Source: an uncultured Rhizobiaceae bacterium
GTDB lineage: Bacteria; Pseudomonadota; Alphaproteobacteria; Rickettsiales; UBA1997
Reading direction: 5' to 3'
DNA: 64,000 bases
Assembly (NCBI GenBank): GCA_964493475.1
Contig: CAZBNS010000001.1
Span: forward strand, 9,099-73,098
The notes below the pieces were generated by a model, which saw only the letters and a program-made list of their open reading frames with translations, had not been told where the DNA came from and made no database searches. Position numbers and translations under genes: made by a program. Below are positions 38,011 through 47,860 of this stretch, one piece after another (position 1 is the first letter of the stretch; each line of letters opens with the position of its first letter).

Positions 38011-38904
38011 ATGATTTCAAAAAATCTCAATAGTTTTCAAAATCTTTTTATAAAGTTGTGTAGTTTTTGGAATGATTTTGGTTGTGTTTTAATACCGCCT
38101 GCTCAAGTGGAAATATCGTCGCCATTGTTTCATCCAAATACGTTTTTTGGAATGATTAGTGATAGTAGTGTTGATACAATGTATCTTCAACCTCATGTTG
38201 CCTCAAGAGAAGCCGATAATATAAAATTTGGTATTCAGAATTATACTTTTTTAAAGTTTCAAATAGTTATGAAATCAAAAATCTTAGAACCACAAAAGGT
38301 GTTTTTAAATAGTTTGGAACATATTGGATTGGATTTGAAAAGTAATGATATAAAATTTAATAATGAGGATTATGAAAATTTTATTTTTAGAATAAATACT
38401 TTTGGTTATAAAGTTTTATTCAATAGCGTTCCCATTGCAAAATTATACTATGTTCAAAATATAGGTTGTCATGATTTTATTTTACCTCCGTTGGTTATAC
38501 TTTATGATCTAGATAAGATATTGACAATTTTACAAGATAAAAGCGGAGTTTACGATGTGTCTTGGAATGGTGTTGAAGGTAAAGAAGGAGTTTTGTATTC
38601 AGAATTAATGTTGAAATCAGAAAATGAAAATTATGAATTTGTAAAAGATACGGCAACAAATGAAGTAATTTTACGGCAGTTAAATGATTTTAAGACTATG
38701 GTGGATATATTGTTGAAGGAAAAGATTATAGTTCCGGCTTATAACGGCATTTTAAAGGCAAAATACTGTTTGGATGTTTTGTGTTTGAGAAATTATATTA
38801 TGTATAATGATAAGTTGGAACATAGTAGAGATTTGAGAAATTTAGTAGATTTGTGTTGTGAGGAATATTTGCAAAAAATAAAACAGGATAAAGTAAATGA
38901 GTAG
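38011..38904 (+). CDS. glyQ: Glycine--tRNA ligase alpha subunit homolog, highly divergent
   Basis: The FQNLFIKLCSFWNDFGCVLIPP start and scattered anchors (HP.T, Y.QP, FQIV.K, VYD.SW, YEF, PAY..ILK) align with GlyQ, but the conserved catalytic blocks are not recognisable. The probable start is ATG 38011 rather than GTG 37930. Confidence 0.6.
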   Translation: MISKNLNSFQNLFIKLCSFWNDFGCVLIPPAQVEISSPLFHPNTFFGMISDSSVDTMYLQPHVASREADNIKFGIQNYTFLKFQIVMKSKILEPQKVFLNSLEHIGLDLKSNDIKFNNEDYENFIFRINTFGYKVLFNSVPIAKLYYVQNIGCHDFILPPLVILYDLDKILTILQDKSGVYDVSWNGVEGKEGVLYSELMLKSENENYEFVKDTATNEVILRQLNDFKTMVDILLKEKIIVPAYNGILKAKYCLDVLCLRNYIMYNDKLEHSRDLRNLVDLCCEEYLQKIKQDKVNE

Positions 38905-41050
38905 TTTATTAATGGAATTATATTCGGAAGAAATACCGTATTACTTTTTTGATAAAATAAAATCAGAAGTGAAAAAGATTTTTACGGAATGTTTTTTAAA
39001 TCTTGGTCTGATAGAGAGAAATGATATTAGTTCAATAGTAGTGTATACAACGCCTTGTAGGATTATTATTTACTGTGATAAAATTACTGCAAATGTTAAT
39101 ATAAACTATAGGGAAATTTGCGGGCCAAAAGTTGATGCAACTAAAGAAGAAAAAGCAGGTTTTTTATCTGCTTATAATATAAAATCAGCTAGTGAATTGG
39201 TTGAAAAAGATGGAAATTTGGTATTAGTTCAAGAAAATTTAAAAATAAAATCTAAAGATATTCTGGAAGATAATATAGAAAATATATTGCTTTCACTTGT
39301 TAACTCTTTTCCAAAAAATGTTAATTGGACAAATTCGAAAGATATAAAATGGATTAGTCCGTTAAGAAATATTTTATGTTTAGTTGACGACAATATTTTG
39401 CAATTTAATTTTTGTGGTTTGAGCAGTAATAATTTTACTTACGGACATAAAATATTAACTGGATTAGATAAAAAAATTAAGGTAAATAATTTTGATGATT
39501 ATAAATCAAAAATGAAGGAAAATTTTGTAATTTTTGATCAAAATGAAAGAGAGCGTATTATTATAAGTAAAATGCTGGAAATAGAAAACGAGTTGAATTT
39601 ATCAACTTATGGAATTAACAAAGCTGATTTTAAACAAAATTTGATAAAAAAAATAGTAAATACTACTGAGTATCCTGATGTATTCTGCGTGGAATTTAAT
39701 AAAGAGTTTTTAAAATTGCCTACAGTAGTAATTACTACTGTTATTTGCAGTGATTATAATTGTTTGTGTTTAAAGTGCGAATCTCAAAATACTCTTTCTA
39801 ATAAAGTTATATCGTTTACAAATACAAAAGTTAATAACAAGAAAGGTTGCGCCATATTCAATGGTTTAGAAAATGTTATTAATAATAAATTATCATTTGC
39901 AAATTTTAAATTAACGGAGTTTCTATCAGAAAGTCTTGACGTAAAAATAAGAAAACTAAAACAGTTAAAATATCATAAGGGTTTTGGCTCTGTATTTAAC
40001 AAAGTAGAAAGAATAACGGAATTATCAAAGTTTATATGTTTATGGATTCCACATTGTGATTTGTTAGCTACTGAAGCGGCGGCTAAATTATGCAAAATAG
40101 ATTCAACAACCACACTCACAAAAGATAACCCAATATTAAAAGGTTATTTATCAGCATATTATGCAGAAATAAATTCTTATTCAAAAGAAGTTTGCGATGG
40201 TATTAGCGAATATTATGAACCAAGGAATGTAAAGGATCCAATTCCTACTACAAATGTAGGAAGAATAATATCCTTAGCCGGAAGAGTAGAAAATATTACA
40301 ACATTATTTATTATGAATGAGCAATCTAACAGTTCTGAAGATCCATTTGGAATAAGAAAAAATATGACAACTATTATAAAAATACTAGCCGAAGGTGAAA
40401 TATCTATACCGTTTCAAGTTTTAATTCTTAAATCAATAAGCTTATTTAGAACTGGTATTTATAAAAATAATAATGAGATAAAAATAAGTGTAAAACAAAA
40501 GATAAATAAAATCAAAGAAGATATTACCAATCTTTGCAGGGATAAATTCTTTAGTTTTTTAAAGGATTGCGGATATAGGGAAAACATTATTTCTTTAGTA
40601 TTTAGCAAAGAAAACAAACAAAAAAAGCCCGCATTAAATATATATTATTTATACAAGAAAGCGGTTATTGTTAATGAGTATGCGGAAAAAAATGCAGAAA
40701 AGATTTTGACTATAAAAAATACGTATAAAAGAGTTAAAAAAATATTGCTCACTTCAAAAATTGAGAAAAATATACCATTATTCGCTAAATTAATAAGAAA
40801 ATTACACAAAAAAACAAAAAATGAAAATTTATTAGCTACGGCTATAAAAGATCTTAAAATTGATATAAAAAGAGAAAACAAATTGCAAAATTACAATTTA
40901 TGTTTGGATTTGCTGTATGACTTTTCAGTTTTGTTGAATAAATATCTTGAAATGAATGTGATTATAACGAAAAATAAAGGTGAAACAAATACGAAATTAT
41001 ATTTGATGTATAAAATAAAAAATATATTTGATGGTTTTTTATATTTTTAG
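38897..41050 (+). CDS. glyS: Glycine--tRNA ligase beta subunit homolog, divergent
   Basis: It overlaps the glyQ stop by 8 nt. Anchors are EEIP, TPCRI, YPDVFCVEFNKEFLKLP and DPFGIRK, at the positions of the GlyS motifs EELPP, TPRRL, WPVV..F...FL.VP and DPFALRR. Confidence 0.65.
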   Translation: MSSLLMELYSEEIPYYFFDKIKSEVKKIFTECFLNLGLIERNDISSIVVYTTPCRIIIYCDKITANVNINYREICGPKVDATKEEKAGFLSAYNIKSASELVEKDGNLVLVQENLKIKSKDILEDNIENILLSLVNSFPKNVNWTNSKDIKWISPLRNILCLVDDNILQFNFCGLSSNNFTYGHKILTGLDKKIKVNNFDDYKSKMKENFVIFDQNERERIIISKMLEIENELNLSTYGINKADFKQNLIKKIVNTTEYPDVFCVEFNKEFLKLPTVVITTVICSDYNCLCLKCESQNTLSNKVISFTNTKVNNKKGCAIFNGLENVINNKLSFANFKLTEFLSESLDVKIRKLKQLKYHKGFGSVFNKVERITELSKFICLWIPHCDLLATEAAAKLCKIDSTTTLTKDNPILKGYLSAYYAEINSYSKEVCDGISEYYEPRNVKDPIPTTNVGRIISLAGRVENITTLFIMNEQSNSSEDPFGIRKNMTTIIKILAEGEISIPFQVLILKSISLFRTGIYKNNNEIKISVKQKINKIKEDITNLCRDKFFSFLKDCGYRENIISLVFSKENKQKKPALNIYYLYKKAVIVNEYAEKNAEKILTIKNTYKRVKKILLTSKIEKNIPLFAKLIRKLHKKTKNENLLATAIKDLKIDIKRENKLQNYNLCLDLLYDFSVLLNKYLEMNVIITKNKGETNTKLYLMYKIKNIFDGFLYF

Positions 41051-41085
41051 ACTAAATATTCTTAAACTTTTTTGATGTAAGCAAA

Positions 41086-41124
41086 GCAGCTCCCCTTATA
41101 AACGCAGTTGACAAAGGCCTACAG
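41086..41124. repeat. Palindromic repeat element (copy 3, short degenerate)
   Basis: GCAGCTCCCCTTATAAACGCAGTTGACAAAGGCCTACAG. Confidence 0.5.
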
Positions 41125-41226
41125 AACAACTCACAACAAATAAATTACCAATGTGAATTTTAAATAAAACTTGACCTTAAAATTTTATTTATTATTTCAT
41201 TATAAGCGAAAACAAAATATAATATC

Positions 41227-41997
41227 ATGAAAAATACAAACATTATTACGGCCTATATTCATAGACATGGAAGATCTATTTTTAATAATGACTACGATAA
41301 GGATGGCGAAATTGTAATAGGTAATTATGAATCGCCATTAACAGAATATGGGCAAGCACAGGCCAAATTACTTGGTTTGCAATTCAAGGAAAGGGGAATA
41401 GAATTTGATTATTTGGTAAGCAGCAATTTAAGTCGTGCACTTGATACGGCAAAACTTGCTCGAAGTTCCATGAATTCTAACTTGGAAGTTAGTATAAATA
41501 AAGAGTTCCATGAGATTGATATTGGTGATTTTACCTTAAAATCATTAAAACAGGTTAAAAGAGAATTGGGTAATGAAAACTTTTCAAAATTCTTGTTTGA
41601 AGAAAGTGATTATAAATTTAAAGGAGCTATTGAAAGTAATAAGGAAGCGGGGCGGAGATTTCTAAATGCTCTCAAGGGGGAACTTAAAAGCGGTGCAAAA
41701 AATGGTGCAAAAAATGTTTTAATTGCATCTCATAGCGCTGTTATTAAGCTTTTTATGAGAGAAATAGGATATTGCAGTGAAGAATCATTGTCAAATGTTG
41801 AGGGATTTAAGATTGAATATGATTCTGGAGCTGACAAAATAATATCTTATAATAGGATAAAAGTTGATCAATCTGCCATAGCAAATAAAGAAAAAATTAC
41901 ATCTGAGGAAAGACATATTTTATTTCCAAAATTATTAAGAGAAATGAGGCAGCAGCTAACAAAAGAAAGAGGTATAGAATATCGGGACGATGAATAA
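41227..41997 (+). CDS. Histidine phosphatase (phosphoglycerate mutase-like) family protein
   Basis: Contains an RHG motif (YIHRHGRS) and a downstream SHSAVIK. Confidence 0.7.
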   Translation: MKNTNIITAYIHRHGRSIFNNDYDKDGEIVIGNYESPLTEYGQAQAKLLGLQFKERGIEFDYLVSSNLSRALDTAKLARSSMNSNLEVSINKEFHEIDIGDFTLKSLKQVKRELGNENFSKFLFEESDYKFKGAIESNKEAGRRFLNALKGELKSGAKNGAKNVLIASHSAVIKLFMREIGYCSEESLSNVEGFKIEYDSGADKIISYNRIKVDQSAIANKEKITSEERHILFPKLLREMRQQLTKERGIEYRDDE

Positions 41998-42063
41998 ATA
42001 AGCATCCTGCAAATATATACGGACTTCCTGCGCAAATGATTTATAATTTGTCAATAAATAAAT

Positions 42064-43596
42064 TTACAATGGCAAATTATCGTGTTTTTTTCTAGGTTTT
42101 CCAACCTTCTTATTTCTTAAAATCCTCAATACATCACAAATTCTTTTTCTTGTATTTTGTGGTTGAATAATTTCATCAATATAACCTCTTGAAGCCGCAT
42201 AAAATGGAGTAGAAAATTGTTCTTTATATTCCCTTATTTTTTCCTCTCTTTCTTTACCTTCTAAATCTTTATAGATAATATTAATAGCACCTTCAGCGCC
42301 CATAACTGCAACTTCGGCATTGCTCCAAGAATAGTTCACATCACTTCTCAAGTGCTTTGAATTCATAACTATGTAAGCACCTCCATAAGCTTTTCTAGTA
42401 ATAACACTGATTTTTGGAACTGAAGACTCGGCATAAGCATACAGCATTTTTGCTCCATGGTTAATTACCCCGTTGTGTTCTTGAAATCTACCCGGCAAGA
42501 ATCCTGGAACATCAACTAATGTAATTAAAGGAATATTAAAGGCATCACAAAATCTTACAAATCTAGCCCCTTTTCTTGCCGAATTAATATCCAAGCTTCC
42601 AGCTGATTCTAATGGCTGGTTTGCTACTACGCCTACAGTCCTGCCTTCCATTCTAGCAAAACCAACAACTAAATTTTTAGCAAAATCTGGTTTAATTTCA
42701 AAGAAATCACCTTCGTCAACGATTTTATAAATTAATTCTTTAATGTCATAAGCTTGAGACGGGTTTTCCGGAACCAATGTATTTAAAGATACATCAACCC
42801 TTTCAGCATCATCATCTGTTTGCAAATAAGGAACTTGCTCCTCATTATTCAAAGGCAAAAAGTTAAACAACCTTCTAGCCTGCAGCAATGTTTCAATATC
42901 ATTTTGATATGCTCCGTCGGCCACACCACTTATTTCTGTATGAGTGATAGCTCCGCCAAGTTCCTCTTTAGTCAAATCTTCATGCGTTACGGTTTTTACA
43001 ACATCCGGTCCAGTCAAGAACATATACGAAGTATTCTTAACCATAAATGTAAAATCTGTTAAAGCAGGAGCATAAACAGCGCCGCCAGCGCAAGGCCCCA
43101 TAATAACTGATATTTGTGGAATTACACCGCTTGCATCCACTATTCTTTGAAATATTCTGCCAAATCCGCCAAGCGCATCCACACCCTCTTGAATTCTAGC
43201 TCCGCCGCTATCATAAAGTCCAATCACCGGAGCATTCGCTTTCATCGCTGTAGAAATAATTTTTTCAATTTTCCTAGCATGAGCCTCACCAAGCGAACCA
43301 CCGCTAACCGTAAAATCTTGCGCAAATACAAAAACTAATCTGCCATTAATAGTTCCACTTCCTGTAATAACACCATCGCCGGCATATTTTTTATCTTGCA
43401 TGTTAAAATTAATGCACCTATGCTCCATAAAGAGCCCAAATTCCTCAAATGTTCCACTATCCAGTAAAACTTCTATTCTTTCTCTCGCTGTTAATTTTCC
43501 CAATTTATGTTGCTTTGATATTTTCTCAATACCACCACCCAAAAGAGCTTCTTCCCTCTTTTGATTAAATTTTACATATACAGAATTATTTAGCAT
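42064..43596 (-). CDS. pccB: Propionyl-CoA carboxylase beta chain / carboxyltransferase
   Basis: 510 aa with conserved carboxyltransferase blocks ([63 protein letters not shown]). Confidence 0.85.
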   Translation of the reverse strand: MLNNSVYVKFNQKREEALLGGGIEKISKQHKLGKLTARERIEVLLDSGTFEEFGLFMEHRCINFNMQDKKYAGDGVITGSGTINGRLVFVFAQDFTVSGGSLGEAHARKIEKIISTAMKANAPVIGLYDSGGARIQEGVDALGGFGRIFQRIVDASGVIPQISVIMGPCAGGAVYAPALTDFTFMVKNTSYMFLTGPDVVKTVTHEDLTKEELGGAITHTEISGVADGAYQNDIETLLQARRLFNFLPLNNEEQVPYLQTDDDAERVDVSLNTLVPENPSQAYDIKELIYKIVDEGDFFEIKPDFAKNLVVGFARMEGRTVGVVANQPLESAGSLDINSARKGARFVRFCDAFNIPLITLVDVPGFLPGRFQEHNGVINHGAKMLYAYAESSVPKISVITRKAYGGAYIVMNSKHLRSDVNYSWSNAEVAVMGAEGAINIIYKDLEGKEREEKIREYKEQFSTPFYAASRGYIDEIIQPQNTRKRICDVLRILRNKKVGKPRKKHDNLPL

Positions 43597-43682
43597 ATTT
43601 CAATATTGTTATTGCTTTCGATAAAATTACTTATTTTTTTAAATTAATCAAGAAAATAATATAGTGAGCCAAATATCAACAC

Positions 43683-44351
43683 CTACCTTTTCCAATTAAT
43701 ATCTTCTTTTACAATTTTTGCAGGATTGCCAACAATTATGCAATTTGGATTTCCCTTATAATTTTTAGTCAAAACAGAAGAATTTCCAAGAACACAATCA
43801 TCATCAATATAAGAGCCTTTTAAAATATTGCAGCCAGCGCAGACCCATACATGTTTTCCAATATTAACATCTTTTTCCAAATTAATTATATGATTACTTG
43901 AATCGTATATATAATGACGGTCAGTAGTCCAAATTAGAATATTTGAAGCAAACATGCAATCATCGCCGATATTAACAGTTGAACCGTTATAAATAGTAAA
44001 AGTTGTTTCGCCACATGAAAAATTTTCCCCAATATTTAAAGAATTGCCATCGCCTCTTATATTTATATGCAAATCATGAATACTATTATTTGTTTTATCA
44101 ATTTTTATATGGTTGCTGTTTCCCTCTATTGAAATAAAAATATTTTTCATTTTTGAAATATTTCCAAAAAATTCAATAAAATTGTTATCACCCACAATTT
44201 TTGTATGGACAAACTGATATAATTTTAATTTTTTACCAGCAAGAATTACAAGATTATTTTTCCCTTTTACAGACATAATATTCTGCAGCATAGCAATTAA
44301 TTGTTTTATAGGATGTTTAATTTTGCCCTCAATAGATTTTAATATTTTCAC
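43683..44351 (-). CDS. Hexapeptide-repeat (LbH) acyltransferase
   Basis: Has a left-handed beta-helix repeat pattern and the C-terminal IIVGNPAKIV motif. Confidence 0.65.
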   Translation of the reverse strand: MKILKSIEGKIKHPIKQLIAMLQNIMSVKGKNNLVILAGKKLKLYQFVHTKIVGDNNFIEFFGNISKMKNIFISIEGNSNHIKIDKTNNSIHDLHINIRGDGNSLNIGENFSCGETTFTIYNGSTVNIGDDCMFASNILIWTTDRHYIYDSSNHIINLEKDVNIGKHVWVCAGCNILKGSYIDDDCVLGNSSVLTKNYKGNPNCIIVGNPAKIVKEDINWKR

Positions 44352-44439
44352 TTACTAGCTGTTTTTAATTACTCATTTTAATACATTTATTTATTTTTTT
44401 GAATTAATCAAGAAATTTTAACTTTAAGATAATTATATA

Positions 44440-44550
44440 TTTGCGGTCGCTGATGTATTCAAACAAAAAGCAAAAGAATTAAATATTCCTATTAGATGGG
44501 GTGGAGATTTTACTACAATTTGCGATATGCCGCATTTTGAGTTAGTTTAA
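44440..44550 (+). pseudogene. Relic of a phage M15 endolysin gene (last 36 codons only)
   Basis: It translates to FAVADVFKQKAKELNIPIRWGGDFTTICDMPHFELV*, nearly identical to the C-terminus of the prophage endolysin at 10791-11171 (~90% nt identity by eye). No upstream part of the gene remains. Confidence 0.8.
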
Positions 44551-44634
44551 AAATGCTTAATAAATATTATTTAAAATATCAGAATTTATTTCAGTATCTT
44601 CATTGACATTAATTGATTTTAAACGGTTTAAGAC

Positions 44635-44710
44635 TGGTGCACCCAGCAGGACTTGAACCCGCAACCGTCTGATCCGAAGTCAGATGCTCTATCCATTAAG
44701 CTATGGGTGC
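44635..44710 (-). tRNA. tRNA-Arg (anticodon UCG)
   Basis: Hand-folded: acceptor GCACCCA/TGGGTGC, anticodon stem TCTGA/TCAGA, loop CTTCGGA, T loop TTCAAGT, encoded CCA. Confidence 0.9.
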
Positions 44711-44816
44711 GCTGATTTGATGATATTGATATTTTTTTGATAGTCAATAAAATTCAATAGCGCAATTGAAAGTTGGTAATTTTCATTATTAAGCTTCATC
44801 ATTAATCAAATAATTT

Positions 44817-47459
44817 TTATGCTTCTTTGATATTGAATTTATTCTTTATTATTTTTCTAACTATTTTTTCTAATTCCATTATCACGATAATTAATAACGA
44901 AATAGGAACTATTAAAGCTAATTCATTGAAGCTTAATGGATCGATTTTCAAAAATAAATCAAATACAGGAACATAAGATGCAACTATATGGGCTAATGTT
45001 ACGATTGTAATTGATACGAACAAAAATGGGTTTTTGAAAAATCCTTGTTTAAATATGGATTTTGTTTCGGATCTTGAGTTGAAAACCTGCATGTTTTGAA
45101 ATAATATCATTAAAAATATTGTTGCGCTTCTAGCTAAAGTTAAGTCATTGCTTGCATTTAGAACAAAATTATATGTGAAAAAGCAGCCAAGAACCATAAC
45201 TATTGATGTGATTATAATTCTAGTCAACATAATCTCGTTAAATATTGGCTCTGTTGGTTTTCTTGGTGGTCGGGACATTTCATTTCCTTCGGTCTTTTCT
45301 AAGGCTATTGCTATTCCTTGAATACCTTCGGTAATTACATTAATCCATAATAATTGTAAGGCTGTGAAAGGCAACGGCAATTTGAATAATGTGGCTAGAA
45401 CGAATATGCCAATTTCGGCGAAGGCTGTTGATATTAAGAAAAATATTATTTTTCTGATGTTGGAATAAGTCAATCTGCCTTCCTCAACACCTTTAACTAT
45501 TGATGCGAAGTTATCGTCGGTCAATATTATATTTGCGCTTTCTCTAGCTATATCGGTTCCTTTTTTACCCATTGCTATGCCGACGTTTGCGTTTTTGAGG
45601 GCTGGAGCGTCATTGACACCATCTCCTGTTACGGCTACGAAGTTTCCATTTCTTCTAATTGATTCCACAATATCAAGTTTTTGAGTTGGTTCAACTCTTG
45701 CATAAACTTTTGTTGTTTTTGTTATCTCATCTAATACTTCAGTTCCAACATCTAGGGCTTTTTTCAAATCAGCCCCAACAACTACTTCTTTTTGACTTTT
45801 TACAAAACCCAGCTCGCTTGAAATTGCAAAAGCTGTTTTGGGATTATCTCCTGTAATCATAACAACATTTATTCCAGCACCTTGGCATTCTTTAACAGCC
45901 TGTTTAGCTTCTGGTCTTAATGGGTCTATCATTGCTACAAGGGATAAAAATTCAAGTCCGTGTAAGTCTTTTTCTAAAAACTCTTCATTTTTTTCAATCT
46001 TTTCTTGGACTTCACCACAAGCGGTAGCAAGAACTCTCAATCCTTTTTTGGTTAAGCTGTCTAATTTGAATTTTATATCATCTATTATTTTATCGCTTGC
46101 TTTGCACATATTTAAAACAACTTCAGGGGCTCCTTTCACAAAAGCATAGCATTTTCCGTCAACATCATTGAAACTTGCGGAAAATTTTGCTTCAGAAGTA
46201 TAAGGCAGCAATTGGACATTTGGATACTTTTTGTGAATTTGTTTAATTTTATAACCTTTTTGGCAAGCCACTTTTAAAAATGCTACGTCTACTGGATCAC
46301 CATAAAAAACGCCATCTTTTTCGCTTGCTTCATTAGGCAAAACAAAAGACATAAGAATTCGTTTTTCTATATTCATTTTCTTAAAGTTGTCTTCTTTTTC
46401 AATAGGGAGATAATCCCGCACTTTTTCAATCATGGATATAATTCCATCATTAGGAATAATAATTTCCACCACGCTCAACTCATTAATTGTGAGGGTTCCG
46501 GTTTTATCAGAAGCGATGCAGGTACACGATCCCAAAGCCTCAACAGCAACAAGATTTTTAACGATCACATTCTTTTTTGCCATTCTATTCATACCAATAG
46601 CAAGACAAATAGTTACGGCTATTGGCAATCCTTCTGGAATTGCAGCCACACCTAAACTTGCGGCCATCATTAATGTTTCCTTCCATTCTATTCCATTGTG
46701 GAGAGCAAGAGCAGCAATCATTATAATTGCAATACCTATAATTATAGTAAATTTAGTTGTGAATTTTTCCATTCTTTCCATTAATGGCGATTTTGCAGTT
46801 GATTTTTGCGTTATTTTATCAGCGATTTTTCCAATTTCTGTATATAGTCCTGTTGCCTTTACAACACCTTTCGCATGTCCCTTAATTACAATAGTTCCTG
46901 CGAAGCATTCATTTAACTTATCTTGAATACTAGCAGTATTTGTCGGAATGAATTGAAAATCTTTATTCACTGGCAAAGATTCTCCAGTCAACATAGATTC
47001 ATCAACTTTTAAATTTTTGCTTTGTGTTAAAATTATATCAGCAGGAACTTTACTGCCTTCTTTTAAAATAACAACATCACCAACAACAAGTTCTCTAGCA
47101 GGAATTTCAATTTCATTTTTATCCCTACAAACAAAAGTTTTTATTTCTACAATTTTTTTTAATGAAGAGGCTGATTTTTTTGCTGAATACTCTTGAATTG
47201 TTCCAATAATAGCATTGAAAGATACTACAGACATAATAAAATAACTATCAACATGTTCTCCAACTATAAAAGATAAAACAGCAGCGCCTAGCAAAATATA
47301 AATTAATGGATTGGCGAATTGCAATATAAATATTATTGGCAATGGTGTTATTTTTTCCTCAGGCAACTCATTTGCGCCATATTTTATTAACCTATCTTTT
47401 GCTTCTTCTGTTGTTAAACCATAAGCGTCAGATTCATAGACTTTGTAAATGTCTTCCAT
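44817..47459 (-). CDS. Cation-transporting P-type ATPase (type II, Ca2+/Mg2+-like)
   Basis: Contains TGES, DKTGTLT, MITGDN and TGDGVNDAPAL motifs, and 880 aa with about 10 TM segments. Confidence 0.9.
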   Translation of the reverse strand: MEDIYKVYESDAYGLTTEEAKDRLIKYGANELPEEKITPLPIIFILQFANPLIYILLGAAVLSFIVGEHVDSYFIMSVVSFNAIIGTIQEYSAKKSASSLKKIVEIKTFVCRDKNEIEIPARELVVGDVVILKEGSKVPADIILTQSKNLKVDESMLTGESLPVNKDFQFIPTNTASIQDKLNECFAGTIVIKGHAKGVVKATGLYTEIGKIADKITQKSTAKSPLMERMEKFTTKFTIIIGIAIIMIAALALHNGIEWKETLMMAASLGVAAIPEGLPIAVTICLAIGMNRMAKKNVIVKNLVAVEALGSCTCIASDKTGTLTINELSVVEIIIPNDGIISMIEKVRDYLPIEKEDNFKKMNIEKRILMSFVLPNEASEKDGVFYGDPVDVAFLKVACQKGYKIKQIHKKYPNVQLLPYTSEAKFSASFNDVDGKCYAFVKGAPEVVLNMCKASDKIIDDIKFKLDSLTKKGLRVLATACGEVQEKIEKNEEFLEKDLHGLEFLSLVAMIDPLRPEAKQAVKECQGAGINVVMITGDNPKTAFAISSELGFVKSQKEVVVGADLKKALDVGTEVLDEITKTTKVYARVEPTQKLDIVESIRRNGNFVAVTGDGVNDAPALKNANVGIAMGKKGTDIARESANIILTDDNFASIVKGVEEGRLTYSNIRKIIFFLISTAFAEIGIFVLATLFKLPLPFTALQLLWINVITEGIQGIAIALEKTEGNEMSRPPRKPTEPIFNEIMLTRIIITSIVMVLGCFFTYNFVLNASNDLTLARSATIFLMILFQNMQVFNSRSETKSIFKQGFFKNPFLFVSITIVTLAHIVASYVPVFDLFLKIDPLSFNELALIVPISLLIIVIMELEKIVRKIIKNKFNIKEA

Positions 47460-47621
47460 ATAATATTTATATTATTATTAACTTTTTTATTTAAGAATTT
47501 TAATAAAATTGATTAAGATTGCAAGACAAATCGGACATAGTTTAAAAAATTTTCAAACATTATTAGTTTTGATAATAAAAAATAATTCTTTTTTAGCTTT
47601 GGGTTTGTATGATTATTGCAT

Positions 47622-47788
47622 TGTAGCTCCCCTTTGCAAGTTGCTCTGTAGCTCCCCTTTGTCGCATTGCGACATTTCCCCTCAAGGAGGGGAAAGATTA
47701 CGAGCAGTGGTTAGGAAAAATAGTTCAACATCCAAGGATAATCTTTCCCCTCCTTGAGGGGAAATGTCCGAAGGACAAAGGGGAGCTA
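47622..47788. repeat. Palindromic repeat element (copy 4, complete, preceded by a partial left end)
   Basis: A partial TGTAGCTCCCCTTTGCAAGTTGC precedes the full element TGTAGCTCCCCTTTGTCGCATTGCGACATTTCCCCTCAAGGAGGGGAAAGATT...AATCTTTCCCCTCCTTGAGGGGAAATGTCCGAAGGACAAAGGGGAGCTA. Confidence 0.8.
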
Positions 47789-47860
47789 TTAATTAACTAT
47801 AATTGAAAAATAATTTTATAATAGTAAAAATAGTTAAAAATATATTCATTTAAAAATATT

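Noticed and set aside
47509-47757. 82-aa ORF on the plus strand
   Set aside because: It runs straight through palindromic repeat copy 4 (translation ...SPLSHCDISPQGGERL...). It has no RBS and is a typical repeat-generated spurious ORF.
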